Source: Desulfobacterales bacterium (lineage in GTDB: Bacteria > Desulfobacterota > Desulfobacteria > Desulfobacterales > UBA5616). From it: 64,000 nt of DNA. A program made the position numbers and the translations under genes. Shown in pieces: positions 1-10,100 of this stretch (positions are counted from its first letter, which is position 1; every line of letters begins with the position of its first letter). The DNA lies in assembly GCA_046483495.1 (NCBI GenBank), contig JAWODC010000090.1, positions 89,785 through 153,784 on the forward strand. The letters run 5' to 3'. The notes under the pieces were generated by a model that was not told the origin of the DNA, did not search any database, and saw only the letters and a program-made list of their open reading frames with translations.

Positions 1-289
1 ACAGCGCGAGTCCGGACGGTGTGTTGAGTTCGAGTGTCAGGCCGCGTTTGTTTCGGTTCAGGTCGTTTGTCAGCGCTTGCCGTTCCCAGGGCCGCTCGCC
101 GGGATCATTATCCGGAAACGTGCCGAAAAAAGCGGCTTCCTCCTTATCGACCGGTGATCCGTCCACCAGGGCCCGGCTTTGAATATGAATGACCTCGGCG
201 CCGAGATCGGCCAGCATTCGTCCGGCCAGCGGACCGGCCCACACATGGGTCACATCCAGCACCCTGATTCCGTTCAATGCCGATGCCAT
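1..289 (-). CDS. Family III CoA transferase (CaiB/BaiF), N-terminal part; runs off the window edge
   Basis: Not in the ORF track. Manual translation from ATG at 289 gives MASALNGIRVLDVTHVWAGPLAGRMLADLGAEVIHIQ...NRNKRGLTLELNT, the typical CaiB N-terminus. The start abuts the upstream paralog's TGA (290-292). Confidence 0.9.
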   Translation of the reverse strand, partial: MASALNGIRVLDVTHVWAGPLAGRMLADLGAEVIHIQSRALVDGSPVDKEEAAFFGTFPDNDPGERPWERQALTNDLNRNKRGLTLELNTPSGLAL

Positions 290-1504
290 TCAAATGACTC
301 CTTTTTCCTTCAATTTCAAAAGGCGGTTTTCCGTCATTTTCAACCGACCCGTATAGATATCGCGGTTATGTTCACCCAAAAGCGGCGCGCGTCCCGTCTT
401 TGCCGGTGTGCGTGACATGATAAACGGGGCGCCCGGCACGGTCAGCCGTCCGGCTTTCGGATGAAAGACGGTTTTCCAGAATCCTCTTTCCCGGTACTGG
501 GGATCCGAAAGCAGATCTTCCAGGGTGTTTACCCGGGCGGCCGGGACCCGCCATTCCATAAAGGCTTCAATGATGTCTTTACTGCTTCTCGATGCAAACC
601 AGCCAAGCACCGTTTTATCGAACGCATAGGCATTGGCCGCCCGTTTTCGGCTTGTATCGAATGCTGTATTCGAAGCAAGTTCCGGCATCTCCATTGCCAG
701 GCACAACCGTTCGAACTGATCATCGGTGACGGCACTGACGGCGACATACCCGTCCAGGCATGGATAGACAGTCACCGGGTGGGCCCACATATGGCGGTTG
801 CCGGTTCGTTTCTGAATGCTGCCGGAGTAGGCGTACCGGGAAAGCGTGTACTGGTGAATTCCCGCCATGCATTCCATGATGGAGACATCGACATAATCCC
901 CCCGCCCGGTGGCACCCCGATTCATCAGTGCGGCGAGTATGCCGATGCAGGCCTGCAGTCCGCCCTGGTACGCCGGCTGCCGCCCTCCCCCGGCCAGGGG
1001 TTCTCGGTCCGGATCCCCTGTGACATACATGTATCCGCCAAGCGCGTAGCCGGCCAGACGCCCGCCCGTATAATCCCGGTAAACCCCGGTTTGTCCGAAG
1101 TCCGTGATGGAGGCCATCACCAGCCCGGGATTCAACTTCTCGAGAATCGCATAACCCAGCCCTGATTGGTCCATGACGCCCGGACGATCATTTTCCACCA
1201 GGACATCGGCATGCTTTAAAAGCTCCAGTAGAATTTCTTTCCCCTCTCTGGTATGGAAATTCAGTGTAATGCTTTTCTTGCTTGTGTTCAGGTACTGAAA
1301 AACCGGGCTTCGCTCGGGATCTGCCGGCGTTTGCGGAGAAAAGCGGATATGCCGCGATCGGTCTCCCGTCCCCGGCGTTTCCACCTTGATCACCTCAGCT
1401 CCGAAAGCCGACATCAGTTTGGTGCAGTATGGGCCGGATAGGTACTCCGACAGGTCGATTACCGAAATGTGATCGAGTGCAGCAGCTGTATGTATGGTTG
1501 CCAT
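290..1504 (-). CDS. Family III CoA transferase (CaiB/BaiF), possibly a non-catalytic subunit
   Basis: Motifs LDHISVIDLSEYLSGPYC..FGAEVIKVE, LNTSKKSITLN, ADVLVEN and APLLGEHN. The ATG at 1504 fits the family better than the ORF-track start at 1609. Confidence 0.9.
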   Translation of the reverse strand: MATIHTAAALDHISVIDLSEYLSGPYCTKLMSAFGAEVIKVETPGTGDRSRHIRFSPQTPADPERSPVFQYLNTSKKSITLNFHTREGKEILLELLKHADVLVENDRPGVMDQSGLGYAILEKLNPGLVMASITDFGQTGVYRDYTGGRLAGYALGGYMYVTGDPDREPLAGGGRQPAYQGGLQACIGILAALMNRGATGRGDYVDVSIMECMAGIHQYTLSRYAYSGSIQKRTGNRHMWAHPVTVYPCLDGYVAVSAVTDDQFERLCLAMEMPELASNTAFDTSRKRAANAYAFDKTVLGWFASRSSKDIIEAFMEWRVPAARVNTLEDLLSDPQYRERGFWKTVFHPKAGRLTVPGAPFIMSRTPAKTGRAPLLGEHNRDIYTGRLKMTENRLLKLKEKGVI

Positions 1505-1806
1505 CAGGTGTAAGCGCCATCCGCATGCCGAAGACATCGAGCCTCGATCAACGTATGGAAACGTAAGGGGCCCGCCGGTGGCCGATATCGTTTTTACGGT
1601 GAAGTGCACCGGTTTATATTGAAGCGGATCGCGCTAAAAGGCGCCTTCCGCCCTATAACTCTATCATATACACGTTAAACTTCCCCATTTCGGCCGAAAA
1701 AGTCAAGGAATAAGGGAAAGGATGGACACTGCCTGCGAAATCCGCTAAATAGTGCAGGAGCCCTTTCACTATCGCGCTTCTCAACACACCTTAAAGGAGG
1801 TCCGCC

Positions 1807-2484
1807 ATGACTCGGATACACCCTGTCAAACTCGGATTTGTAACATGCTACCTGCTGGAATCCGACAGCAGCTTTATTCTGGTGGATGCCGGATATCCCA
1901 AAAAAGAAGACCGCCTCTGGAAATTTTTGGACAGCCGCCAAATCGATCCGCGCCACATCAAGCTGATCATCATCACCCACGGGCATGTGGATCATGTCGG
2001 CAGCTTGAAGCCGATCAAGGAAAAAACCGGCGCCCCCGTATTGATTCATGAATCCGAGGCTCCGCTGCTGTCGTCCGGCCGAACGCCGGGGGTGGCAATC
2101 ACGTTAAAGTGGCTGTCACGTTTCGTTAAAATGGAAAACGGTACAAGCGTAGCGCCGGTGGACCCGGACATCACCATTTCCGGGGAATATCCCCTGAACG
2201 ATTACGGCATCACGGGGAAGGTCATCCCGACGCCGGGGCACACCGAAGGTTCACTCTCGGTCATTCTGGATGGGGAAAACGCCATTGTCGGGGATATCGC
2301 AATGAAATTCCCAATCCTCTCCCGCAAATCATATGAACCGATCGTGGCCCGGGATCTGAATCAGGTGTATCAAAGCTGGCAAACCTTGATCGATGAAGGC
2401 GTCCGGGTCATTTATCCGGCCCATGGAAAGCCCATCGGAATCGAGGTGCTTCAAGGTTTGATCGAAGCTAAGACTCGGCCTTGA
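1807..2484 (+). CDS. MBL-fold metallo-hydrolase
   Basis: THGHVDH, TPGHTEG, GD and PAHG metal-binding motifs; AAGGAGG RBS upstream. Confidence 0.9.
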   Translation: MTRIHPVKLGFVTCYLLESDSSFILVDAGYPKKEDRLWKFLDSRQIDPRHIKLIIITHGHVDHVGSLKPIKEKTGAPVLIHESEAPLLSSGRTPGVAITLKWLSRFVKMENGTSVAPVDPDITISGEYPLNDYGITGKVIPTPGHTEGSLSVILDGENAIVGDIAMKFPILSRKSYEPIVARDLNQVYQSWQTLIDEGVRVIYPAHGKPIGIEVLQGLIEAKTRP

Positions 2485-2594
2485 GGTTATACCGGTCCGG
2501 CACCGGGCCGCATCGGGAGCAAATCCCATTGTCACGACCGGGACTTGCAGGAATTCCGGGCTCATCGAGATTTGCCGACGGCATCGGCATGCCG

Positions 2595-3284
2595 TCAGCT
2601 TTTGATTTTCATGTAATACGATTCCGAAAGATAGACAGCCGCCATGGGATTGTGGCCGGTGACACGGTCTTTGACCGCCAATACGGTTGACCAGGCATCG
2701 GCATATTTGAAGAAAAGGGAGTCATGCCCGACGCAAAGCCCCAACAGGATATTGAAATCGGTTTTTTCCGCATTCAGCACCTTGGCCTGGAAAATGGGAT
2801 TGCACATCGTTTCGTCGATCCCGGGCATGACTTTCTCTTCATCTTTGATATGGATATCATCTTTTAATGTGCCGCCGGCCTTGCACATTACCGATACCAC
2901 GTCAAACCCGTGATGGCGGAAAATGTCATCGACAATGGCCGCCTCCCGAATGAGGCCGGCGCAAAATGCCAGGCCCAGGCGGTGAAATCCCATTTTGTCG
3001 GCAAATTCATAAATTTCCATAATACGGGTTTTCGTCGGTTCCAGGACAAAGGGGTTCTCTTTGCGGTTGATGTAGCATTCGGCCTCCTGTATGGAAGCCT
3101 GACGGGCGAATTCCAGAATGTCGGGCTGCTTGTAGATTTCCGACGTCTCCGCCAAAACCTCTTTTCTCGAAACCGTCGGGCACCCCGGGGAGGCGCTCCC
3201 GTTCTTATTGACGCAGATCCGGTTGAAAATTTCGTTTTTGCACACAGCGCACGAAGCGTGGCTTATCTTCTTTTCTTCTGTCAT
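2595..3284 (-). CDS. DUF1847 family metal-binding protein
   Basis: Motifs GLAFCAGL, SVMCK, MCNPIFQA, GLCVGHDSLF and KDRVTGHNP. Confidence 0.85.
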   Translation of the reverse strand: MTEEKKISHASCAVCKNEIFNRICVNKNGSASPGCPTVSRKEVLAETSEIYKQPDILEFARQASIQEAECYINRKENPFVLEPTKTRIMEIYEFADKMGFHRLGLAFCAGLIREAAIVDDIFRHHGFDVVSVMCKAGGTLKDDIHIKDEEKVMPGIDETMCNPIFQAKVLNAEKTDFNILLGLCVGHDSLFFKYADAWSTVLAVKDRVTGHNPMAAVYLSESYYMKIKS

Positions 3285-3412
3285 TTCAGCCTCCGATGTC
3301 GATTTATATCAGGTTCACTTCACCTTAAAGCGGTTCTGCCGCAAAACCGCCTCACATGAATGTAGATGTACTATTGAAAATTATTTATTGCTGACCGGCT
3401 GCACGGCTGCAG

Positions 3413-5341
3413 TTAATCCGCCAGCAATCCATCCTTTGCAAGCACCTCGGCGACATCTTCCATGTCCAGGCTGTTCAAGATCGAGGCCGTCTGGAGGGCG
3501 GTGGCGGTATCCCATCCCCGGAGCGCATAATATTCCCTTCGCATGTCCTCGTACTTGCTTTTGTCCAGGACGTTTCCCCGAAAAGAAACAGGCTCATCGC
3601 CCGGGCCGGGTACGATCATTCTGGGATTGATGGAGGACATTTCCACCGGATCGGTAAAATTGTACTCCTGCGGATAGTCATCGACCAGCGGCTTCCATCC
3701 CTCGCGCAAAAGCACGGCACGCTGCAGATTGAATATCCGTTCACCGTATCGCAGCAGTTCCGCTTCATCCGTTTCGATTCCGGTAACAGCCGTGAAAATT
3801 TTACTTTCCAGTGACGGATCTCCCACATGATCCGGTGTGTTGAAAGAATCCATAATGGGCCAGGCCGCTTCGCACAGCAGCAGGCTGTCCTTGACCATGA
3901 CGCGCTCCTGTATGATTTTGGCGGCCAGGGCCTTTCCCTCGTAACTGGTTTGGTCCCACGCCTTGTCGCCGCCCTGGAAGCGGATCATCTGTGCCCTGAA
4001 TACTTCCGAATTCGTAGGGGAGAGATCCGGTTTAATCAGGTGCAGAAGCCATCGTGCTATTGGATAGCTGATTTCATGGAGCTGGGCTATGGGTTGACGG
4101 CTTTCAAGCGCCCACAGCAGCGCCGTCCCGACGTATTCCCTCGGTGTATACCCGCCGTTTACGCCGACACCGCCCACCCGCTCTCCGAAAAGCGACTTTA
4201 CCTCATCGCCGAGCGTTTCACCGGCCCTCAAAAGCCCTTCCGCCAGCAATGCACCGAAGCCTTCCTTTCTGACAATTATTTCCATCAAATCGTTGAAAAA
4301 TTCGCGCGTTCCTATTTTCGAAAGTGGAAGACCGGTATCCCTGTCCGATAGATAACCCGCTTCACGGCAGTCCCGAAGCCACGCGATGATATTGCCCGCC
4401 TCCATGGTGCAAATGCCGTAATCATTGCACATAGCCGTGGCATCGAGTGCCGTATGAATGCTCCCATCCTCCTGCATCAATGCATCGGGAATGTAAAATA
4501 CCAGGGACTGGCATTTCCGGACCTCTTCCCGTCCGTTCAGGGTCCGGTACAGTCCCCTGAAACAATCCAGACCGCACTGGTAGCAGGAAGCCGTCTTGAT
4601 GTACTTGAGATGCTGCTTGGGGACAGGCATCCTCAGTGTGCCGCGCCGGCTTAAGTGGATGGTGTACCTATTAAGGGCCTTTAGTTCATCTTTTCGAAAA
4701 ACGGCGGGGTTAACGGTGCCCGAAACCGCAACGGCTTTCATGTTTTTTGAACCCATTACCGCACCAAAGCCGCCCGTGGCCGCCCCCTCATGATCCGTGA
4801 TCAGTGCCGCGGTGCGGCACATGCTTTCTCCGGCCGGACCGATGCACACCGATCGCGTATGCTTGCCGTGCATTTCCTTAAGCGCCTCGCGAACGGCATA
4901 GGTTCCCCTGCCCCACAAAAATGCGGCATCCCGAATTTCGGCACCGCTTTCCGTTATCCAGAGATATACCGGACGCGGCGCCCGTCCGGAAATGACAATG
5001 CCGTCGAATCCCGCCCGTTTCAGCGCCGGACCGAAGAAACCGCCCATATTGCCGTAACAGAAACGTTCCGGCAGCGTCATGGGGGATTTGCCGACGGCTT
5101 CGAAACGGGATGCCCCCTGGGCGCCGGTGGCCGTCAGGGGTCCGTTCATCAGCATCAGGCAATTACCCGGATCGAACGCTTCGGTTTCCGGCTTCACCCG
5201 ATCGAAATAGATTTTGGTGGCGATGCCGCGGCCGCCGAGAAATCGGTTTGCATACGACCGGGTATCGCGTTCGGATATCGTGCCATGGGTCAAATCTACG
5301 TCGAGAATTTTTCCGCACCATCCATAAAGACGAGGTGCCAT
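3413..5341 (-). CDS. Aldehyde:ferredoxin oxidoreductase family (W/Mo-pterin)
   Basis: GWCGKILDVDLT, FLGGRG, GFDGIVISG, IGPAGE, GAVMGSKNMKAV, CxxCxxxC and EYYALRGWD. Start set at MAPRLY, which follows a GGAGGG RBS. Confidence 0.9.
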   Translation of the reverse strand: MAPRLYGWCGKILDVDLTHGTISERDTRSYANRFLGGRGIATKIYFDRVKPETEAFDPGNCLMLMNGPLTATGAQGASRFEAVGKSPMTLPERFCYGNMGGFFGPALKRAGFDGIVISGRAPRPVYLWITESGAEIRDAAFLWGRGTYAVREALKEMHGKHTRSVCIGPAGESMCRTAALITDHEGAATGGFGAVMGSKNMKAVAVSGTVNPAVFRKDELKALNRYTIHLSRRGTLRMPVPKQHLKYIKTASCYQCGLDCFRGLYRTLNGREEVRKCQSLVFYIPDALMQEDGSIHTALDATAMCNDYGICTMEAGNIIAWLRDCREAGYLSDRDTGLPLSKIGTREFFNDLMEIIVRKEGFGALLAEGLLRAGETLGDEVKSLFGERVGGVGVNGGYTPREYVGTALLWALESRQPIAQLHEISYPIARWLLHLIKPDLSPTNSEVFRAQMIRFQGGDKAWDQTSYEGKALAAKIIQERVMVKDSLLLCEAAWPIMDSFNTPDHVGDPSLESKIFTAVTGIETDEAELLRYGERIFNLQRAVLLREGWKPLVDDYPQEYNFTDPVEMSSINPRMIVPGPGDEPVSFRGNVLDKSKYEDMRREYYALRGWDTATALQTASILNSLDMEDVAEVLAKDGLLAD

Positions 5342-5542
5342 TCTTCCCTCCTTTATTGTGGAAAATTGCCGCACAACAAGCCCCGGCGGCTGGGAACTTC
5401 AAAAGACGCATGCAGAAAGTCACACACGTGATACTTTAATAAAATGCAATAAAAATCAAGTGCTTTATTTTAAATTGAGTCGTGCCGGCAATCGTGGTAT
5501 AGCGGGTTAAAACACGTTTGAGTGAAAGGAGAACCCCGCATT

Positions 5543-6334
5543 ATGACCGACCCCGTTATTCTCGTGGAGAAAATAGATCGCGTTGCAACCGTCACTTTAA
5601 ACCGCCCCGACGTCATGAATGCCCTGTCATCGGAATTGCGGATCGCCATTGAAGACACCTTCGAGGATTTGAAAAACGACCGGAGCATCGGCGTCGTTAT
5701 CCTTACCGGCGCAGGCCGCGCCTTCTGCGCAGGACTCGATTTAAAGGAGTTGTCGGCCGGAAAAGGCATGATCGGAGATGTCGCGAGCAAACGAGAATCC
5801 AAGGTAAACCTGGCGACACCCTTAAAGCGGTTCGGCCGGCCCATTATCGGCGCGATCAACGGTGTGGCTGTCACAGGCGGTTTCGAACTGGCCCTGGCCT
5901 GCGATATTCTGATCGCCTCCACGGAGGCGCGATTCGCAGACACTCATGCACGGGTCGGCATCTTGCCGGGATCCGAGCTCAGCCAGAAATTATCGCGATT
6001 GATCGGGATTTACCGGGCCAAGGAAGTGTCGCTGACCGGTAATTTCATCGGTGCCCAACAGGCCGTGGAATGGGGTCTCGTCAACCGGGTGGTCCCCCCG
6101 GATCAGGTCTTGCCGGCCTGCCGTGCGCTTGCAAACGATATCTTGTCATGCCCCGACGATATGGTTGAAAAGTATAAGAAGCTCATCGACGACGGCTTTC
6201 ACATGACCTTTGGAGAGGGGCTGGAACTCGAACTGAAAGCCAATATTGAACACTTCAAAAGCCTCAGCCCCGAAACCGTGGCGACACGCCGACAGGATGT
6301 GCTGGCACGCGGGCGCAAACAGCAGCAGCCATGA
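5543..6334 (+). CDS. Enoyl-CoA hydratase/isomerase (crotonase) family
   Basis: TLNRPDVMNAL, AFCAGLDL and GGFELALACD; AAGGAG RBS before ATG 5543. Confidence 0.9.
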   Translation: MTDPVILVEKIDRVATVTLNRPDVMNALSSELRIAIEDTFEDLKNDRSIGVVILTGAGRAFCAGLDLKELSAGKGMIGDVASKRESKVNLATPLKRFGRPIIGAINGVAVTGGFELALACDILIASTEARFADTHARVGILPGSELSQKLSRLIGIYRAKEVSLTGNFIGAQQAVEWGLVNRVVPPDQVLPACRALANDILSCPDDMVEKYKKLIDDGFHMTFGEGLELELKANIEHFKSLSPETVATRRQDVLARGRKQQQP

Positions 6335-6391
6335 GGCATTCGGCGGTGGGAGCCGCTTCGGCCGCCTGCAAGGCCTTTAGAAAGGATTCAT

Positions 6392-6991
6392 ATGGAAGAT
6401 CGGGTTGTTTTAGAAGTATTCTCGGATTATGTCTGACCCTGGTGCTATTTCTGTACCGGGCGTATTGAAAAACTCAAGTCTTCTTGCAATTTAGCGATAA
6501 AATGGGTTGCATTTCCCCTGCATCCCGAAACACCGGAACAGGGCATCCCTGTCCGGCAGCTTTTTGCCGGCCGCACCATCGATATCGAGGCGGTTTTTGC
6601 CCGGCTTCGGAATGCCGCCAAGGATGCGGGCCTTCCGCTTGCCGACCGTGACATGATCTACAACAGCCGCCGGGCCACGGAATTGGGCAAGTGGGCGGAG
6701 ACGATGGGCCGGGGAGAAGCCTATCATGATGCGGTTTTCAGATCCTATTTCGATGAAGGCCTCAACATTTCCGACATCGACGTTCTGAAGCGGATCTGTC
6801 TGAACGTGGATCTCGATCCGGAAAAAGCCGAGCGTGTTCTTGCTGAAAGGACCTTCCGCCTCGCGGTTGACGAGGACTGGGAGTATGCCTTGAGAATCGG
6901 CATCAGCGCTGTTCCGACCTTTATCTGCGGCGGCAGAAGGATTGTCGGAGCCCAGCCCTACGCGGTTCTTAAGAACCTGGTGAACCGTTGA
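6392..6991 (+). CDS. DsbA/FrnE-like thioredoxin-fold selenoprotein (U-P-W-C), UGA at 6434-6436 read as Sec
   Basis: AAGGA RBS then ATG 6392, in frame with track ORF 6653..6991. Translation is MEDRVVLEVFSDYV-UGA-PWCYF...FPLHP...GISAVPTF...GAQP; the UGA occupies the first Cys of the family's SDxxCPWC motif. Confidence 0.85.
6438..6460 (+). promoter_or_regulatory. Candidate SECIS-like hairpin directly after the in-frame UGA
   Basis: CCUGGUGC-UAUUUCU-GUACCGGG forms an 8-bp stem with two G-U pairs. The loop lacks the G of canonical bacterial SECIS elements. Confidence 0.4.
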
Positions 6992-7115
6992 GCCGCCCGT
7001 TTCCCTTTCCTGTCTCAGCCCAACTCGAACATATAATCCCGCAACGCCCAATTTATTTTGACTGGTCACGAATAGATAAGGTAAACTTGGTTTTTGTACA
7101 AGGAGAATAAAACAT

Positions 7116-10100
7116 GTGACCGCTTTCGGTGTGAGGCGTATGAATACGGATCCGGAAATTGCCCAATTCCCTGAACCCGGCAGCAAAATCCTTATGTTTC
7201 GGGGCAATACGATTACTTTCGAATTATCATTATCCGCCGCCCGCAAGGGATCCGGATGGCTTCGGACAAACATCGGCAATTCCGCCGTGACCCGGCGGGA
7301 AATTTTCCGCCATTTCAGATATGATGAAACGCCATTGGGCCGGGACTGGACCGATATTCCCATGAGCCCGGTGAACGAACGCCTTTTCAGTGTTACCGTT
7401 CCGCTTCCCGAAGTGGGCCACTTTGAAGCGAAGTGCTTATTTCTTCCCGAGGGAGAGATCGATCCGGTATGGCCTGCCGGCGCCAACACCGGTATCAATG
7501 TGGAGCCTGCCGATACGATCTGCGCGAATGTGATTTATAACGCGTTCGTACGCCAGTTCGGACCCAACAAGGCCGGCGGATATTTCGAGTCCACGCCGGA
7601 AGACTGCATCGAACTGCTGGATTCGAAAAAGTATGCCGTTATCCCCCCGTCCGGCACATTCAGGGACCTGATACGGGAGCTCGATTTCATTATGGGGACC
7701 CTGGGCTGCAGAATCATTCAGTTGCTGCCCATAAACCCCACACCCACAACATTCGCCCGCATGGGCCGATATGGCAGCCCTTATGCCGCCTTGAATTTTA
7801 CCACCGTGGATCCGGCCATGGCCGAGTTCGATTTAAGAGCAACGCCCTTAGACCAGTTTATCGAGTTGGTGGATGCCGTTCATCATCGAAACGGGAAACT
7901 CATTCTCGATATCGCCGTCAACCACACGGGCTGGGCGGCCGCCATTCACGAATTGGAGCCCCGTTGGCTGGCACGGGACGATAAGGGACGCATTCAGAAT
8001 CCGGGGGCCTGGGGCATTATATGGGAGGATTTGACCAAACTGGATTACTCCCATAAAGACTTGTGGGAATACATTGCGGATGTATTTCTGACCTGGTGCC
8101 GCAGAGGGGTCGACGGGTTTCGCTGCGACGCCGGGTACATGATCCCTGAACCGGTGTGGCGCTATGTCATCGCCCGGGTCCGGGAACAGTTCCCGGATGC
8201 CGTATTTCTGCTGGAAGGCCTTGGCGGAAAAATTTCAGTCACCCGTGATCTTTTGAATACGGGCAATTTCAACTGGGCTTATTCCGAACTGTTCCAGAAC
8301 TACGATCGCGGCCAGATCGAATGGTACCTGCCGCAAGCCGTCGATATCTCGAAAAAAGACGGTATTCTCATTCATTTCGCCGAAACACACGACAATCTCA
8401 GGCTGGCCGCGACTTCCCGCCCCTATGCCCGAATGCGGACCGCCTTGTGCGCATTATGTTCCTGTTTCGGTGGATTCGGCTTTGCCAATGGCGTGGAGTG
8501 GTTCGCCACGGAAAAAATCGTGGTACACGAATCGCCTTCCTTGAACTGGGGTTCACCGGAAAACCAGGTCGACCCAATCCAGGCGGTCAGCCGGTTGTTG
8601 CGGGACCATCCCGCATTCAGCGACCGCACCGACATCTCACTAATCGAGACCGGAGAGGGCAGCGGCATCGCCCTGCTCCGGCACCATCGCCCCAGCGGAA
8701 AAAAGCTGCTGATCATAGCCAACCTCGATGCCGTAAACGGCACAACGATCAATTGGCTGCAGCAGCCCGGCTTTACCGGACCCGTCCTTTGGGATATGCT
8801 GTCCCGCAAAAAGGTCCGGATCGGAAAAAGCGACCGTTACAATTCTGCAGTGCTGAAGGCCGGCGAAATTTTTTGCCTGTCCGAAGAAACCGAAGAAGTC
8901 TCCCGGACGGATAGCCATAAAACCGATCTGACATCCATACCCGAAAAGATCCTGCTTCAGCGATTGAAAGCCAAGGTGCTGGAGGCCATACATGCCGTCG
9001 ACGGTTTAACCGATCTGCAGGCGTTCGGCATCGAAGATGCGGCCTTTTCACTGGCTGCGGACCCCGTATCGTTCTGCAGCCGTTTGAATACGGCATCCGA
9101 AGAGCCGCGGGTCACGATCTGGAAGTATCCCGAAGACGTAAAGCGGGAAGTGATGATACCGCCGGATCACTTTTTCTGCATCAATGCCCGAATGCCGTTT
9201 CGTGCGATGCTGATCCACAAAACCCGGGTCGTGGGCATAGAAAACAGCCTCCCCCTGCAGGATGGAACTTTTTTTGCACTGTTTTGCCCGTGGACCCGGC
9301 CGCAAACCGCATCCGCATCTTTAGAACTCACCCTGTTTCCTTCCGGACCGGCCGTCAAGGCAACCGGACGTCTTCTTTTTCTCCACCGGAGAATGGCTTC
9401 CGACCGTCCGCGGATCAGGAATTTTTTCGCAAAAAAGGATATTCGAAAAGCGCCCATGATGTTTTTAAGCACGAACGGACGCGGGGCTATGTTCAGATCC
9501 GCTTTGTCCTGGTCGGTCTTGCAAAGCCGGTATGACGCGCTGCTCGCCGCCAACCTGGACCCGGATCATCCGGTCAACCGCCACATTATGTTTGCCCGAT
9601 GCCGGGCCTGGGTTGTCTTTCAAGGGTATTCGCAAGAGGTTACGGTCGAAACCCTCCAATCCTTCTATTACACCAACGGCGCCGGCTACTGGCGCTTTGA
9701 AATACCGACGGGCAAAGGTTCCCACATTATGCTCACCATAAAAGGGGCGATGCTGCCGGGCGAAAATGCGACCCTGCTTTCGTTTTATCGTCACCCGGGA
9801 CAACGGGCCGGAAATGGTCCGGATGACGCAGAACCCGTTCGTCTCATTCTTCGACCGGATATCGAAGACAGGGGATTTCATGAGGTCACCAAGGCCTATT
9901 CCGGTCCGGAGCAGGCATTCCCGCGGGCGGTGGCGGAGCATGGCCAGGGATTCATATTTGCACCGTCACCCCATCACCGCCTGAGTATTCACATCAGCGA
10001 GGGAGACTTTATTCGAGAACCGGAATGGCACTACATGGTGCACCGTCCACTGGAGGCGCAGCGGGGTTTGGATCCCGATTCGGATCTTTTCAGTCCCGGA

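Noticed and set aside
1677..1730. Further MITE end (GGATGGACACT)
   Set aside because: Only an 11-nt match, too short to call.
6491..7498. 335-aa minus-strand ORF
   Set aside because: It is the antisense shadow of the selenoprotein and debranching genes and has no recognisable motifs.
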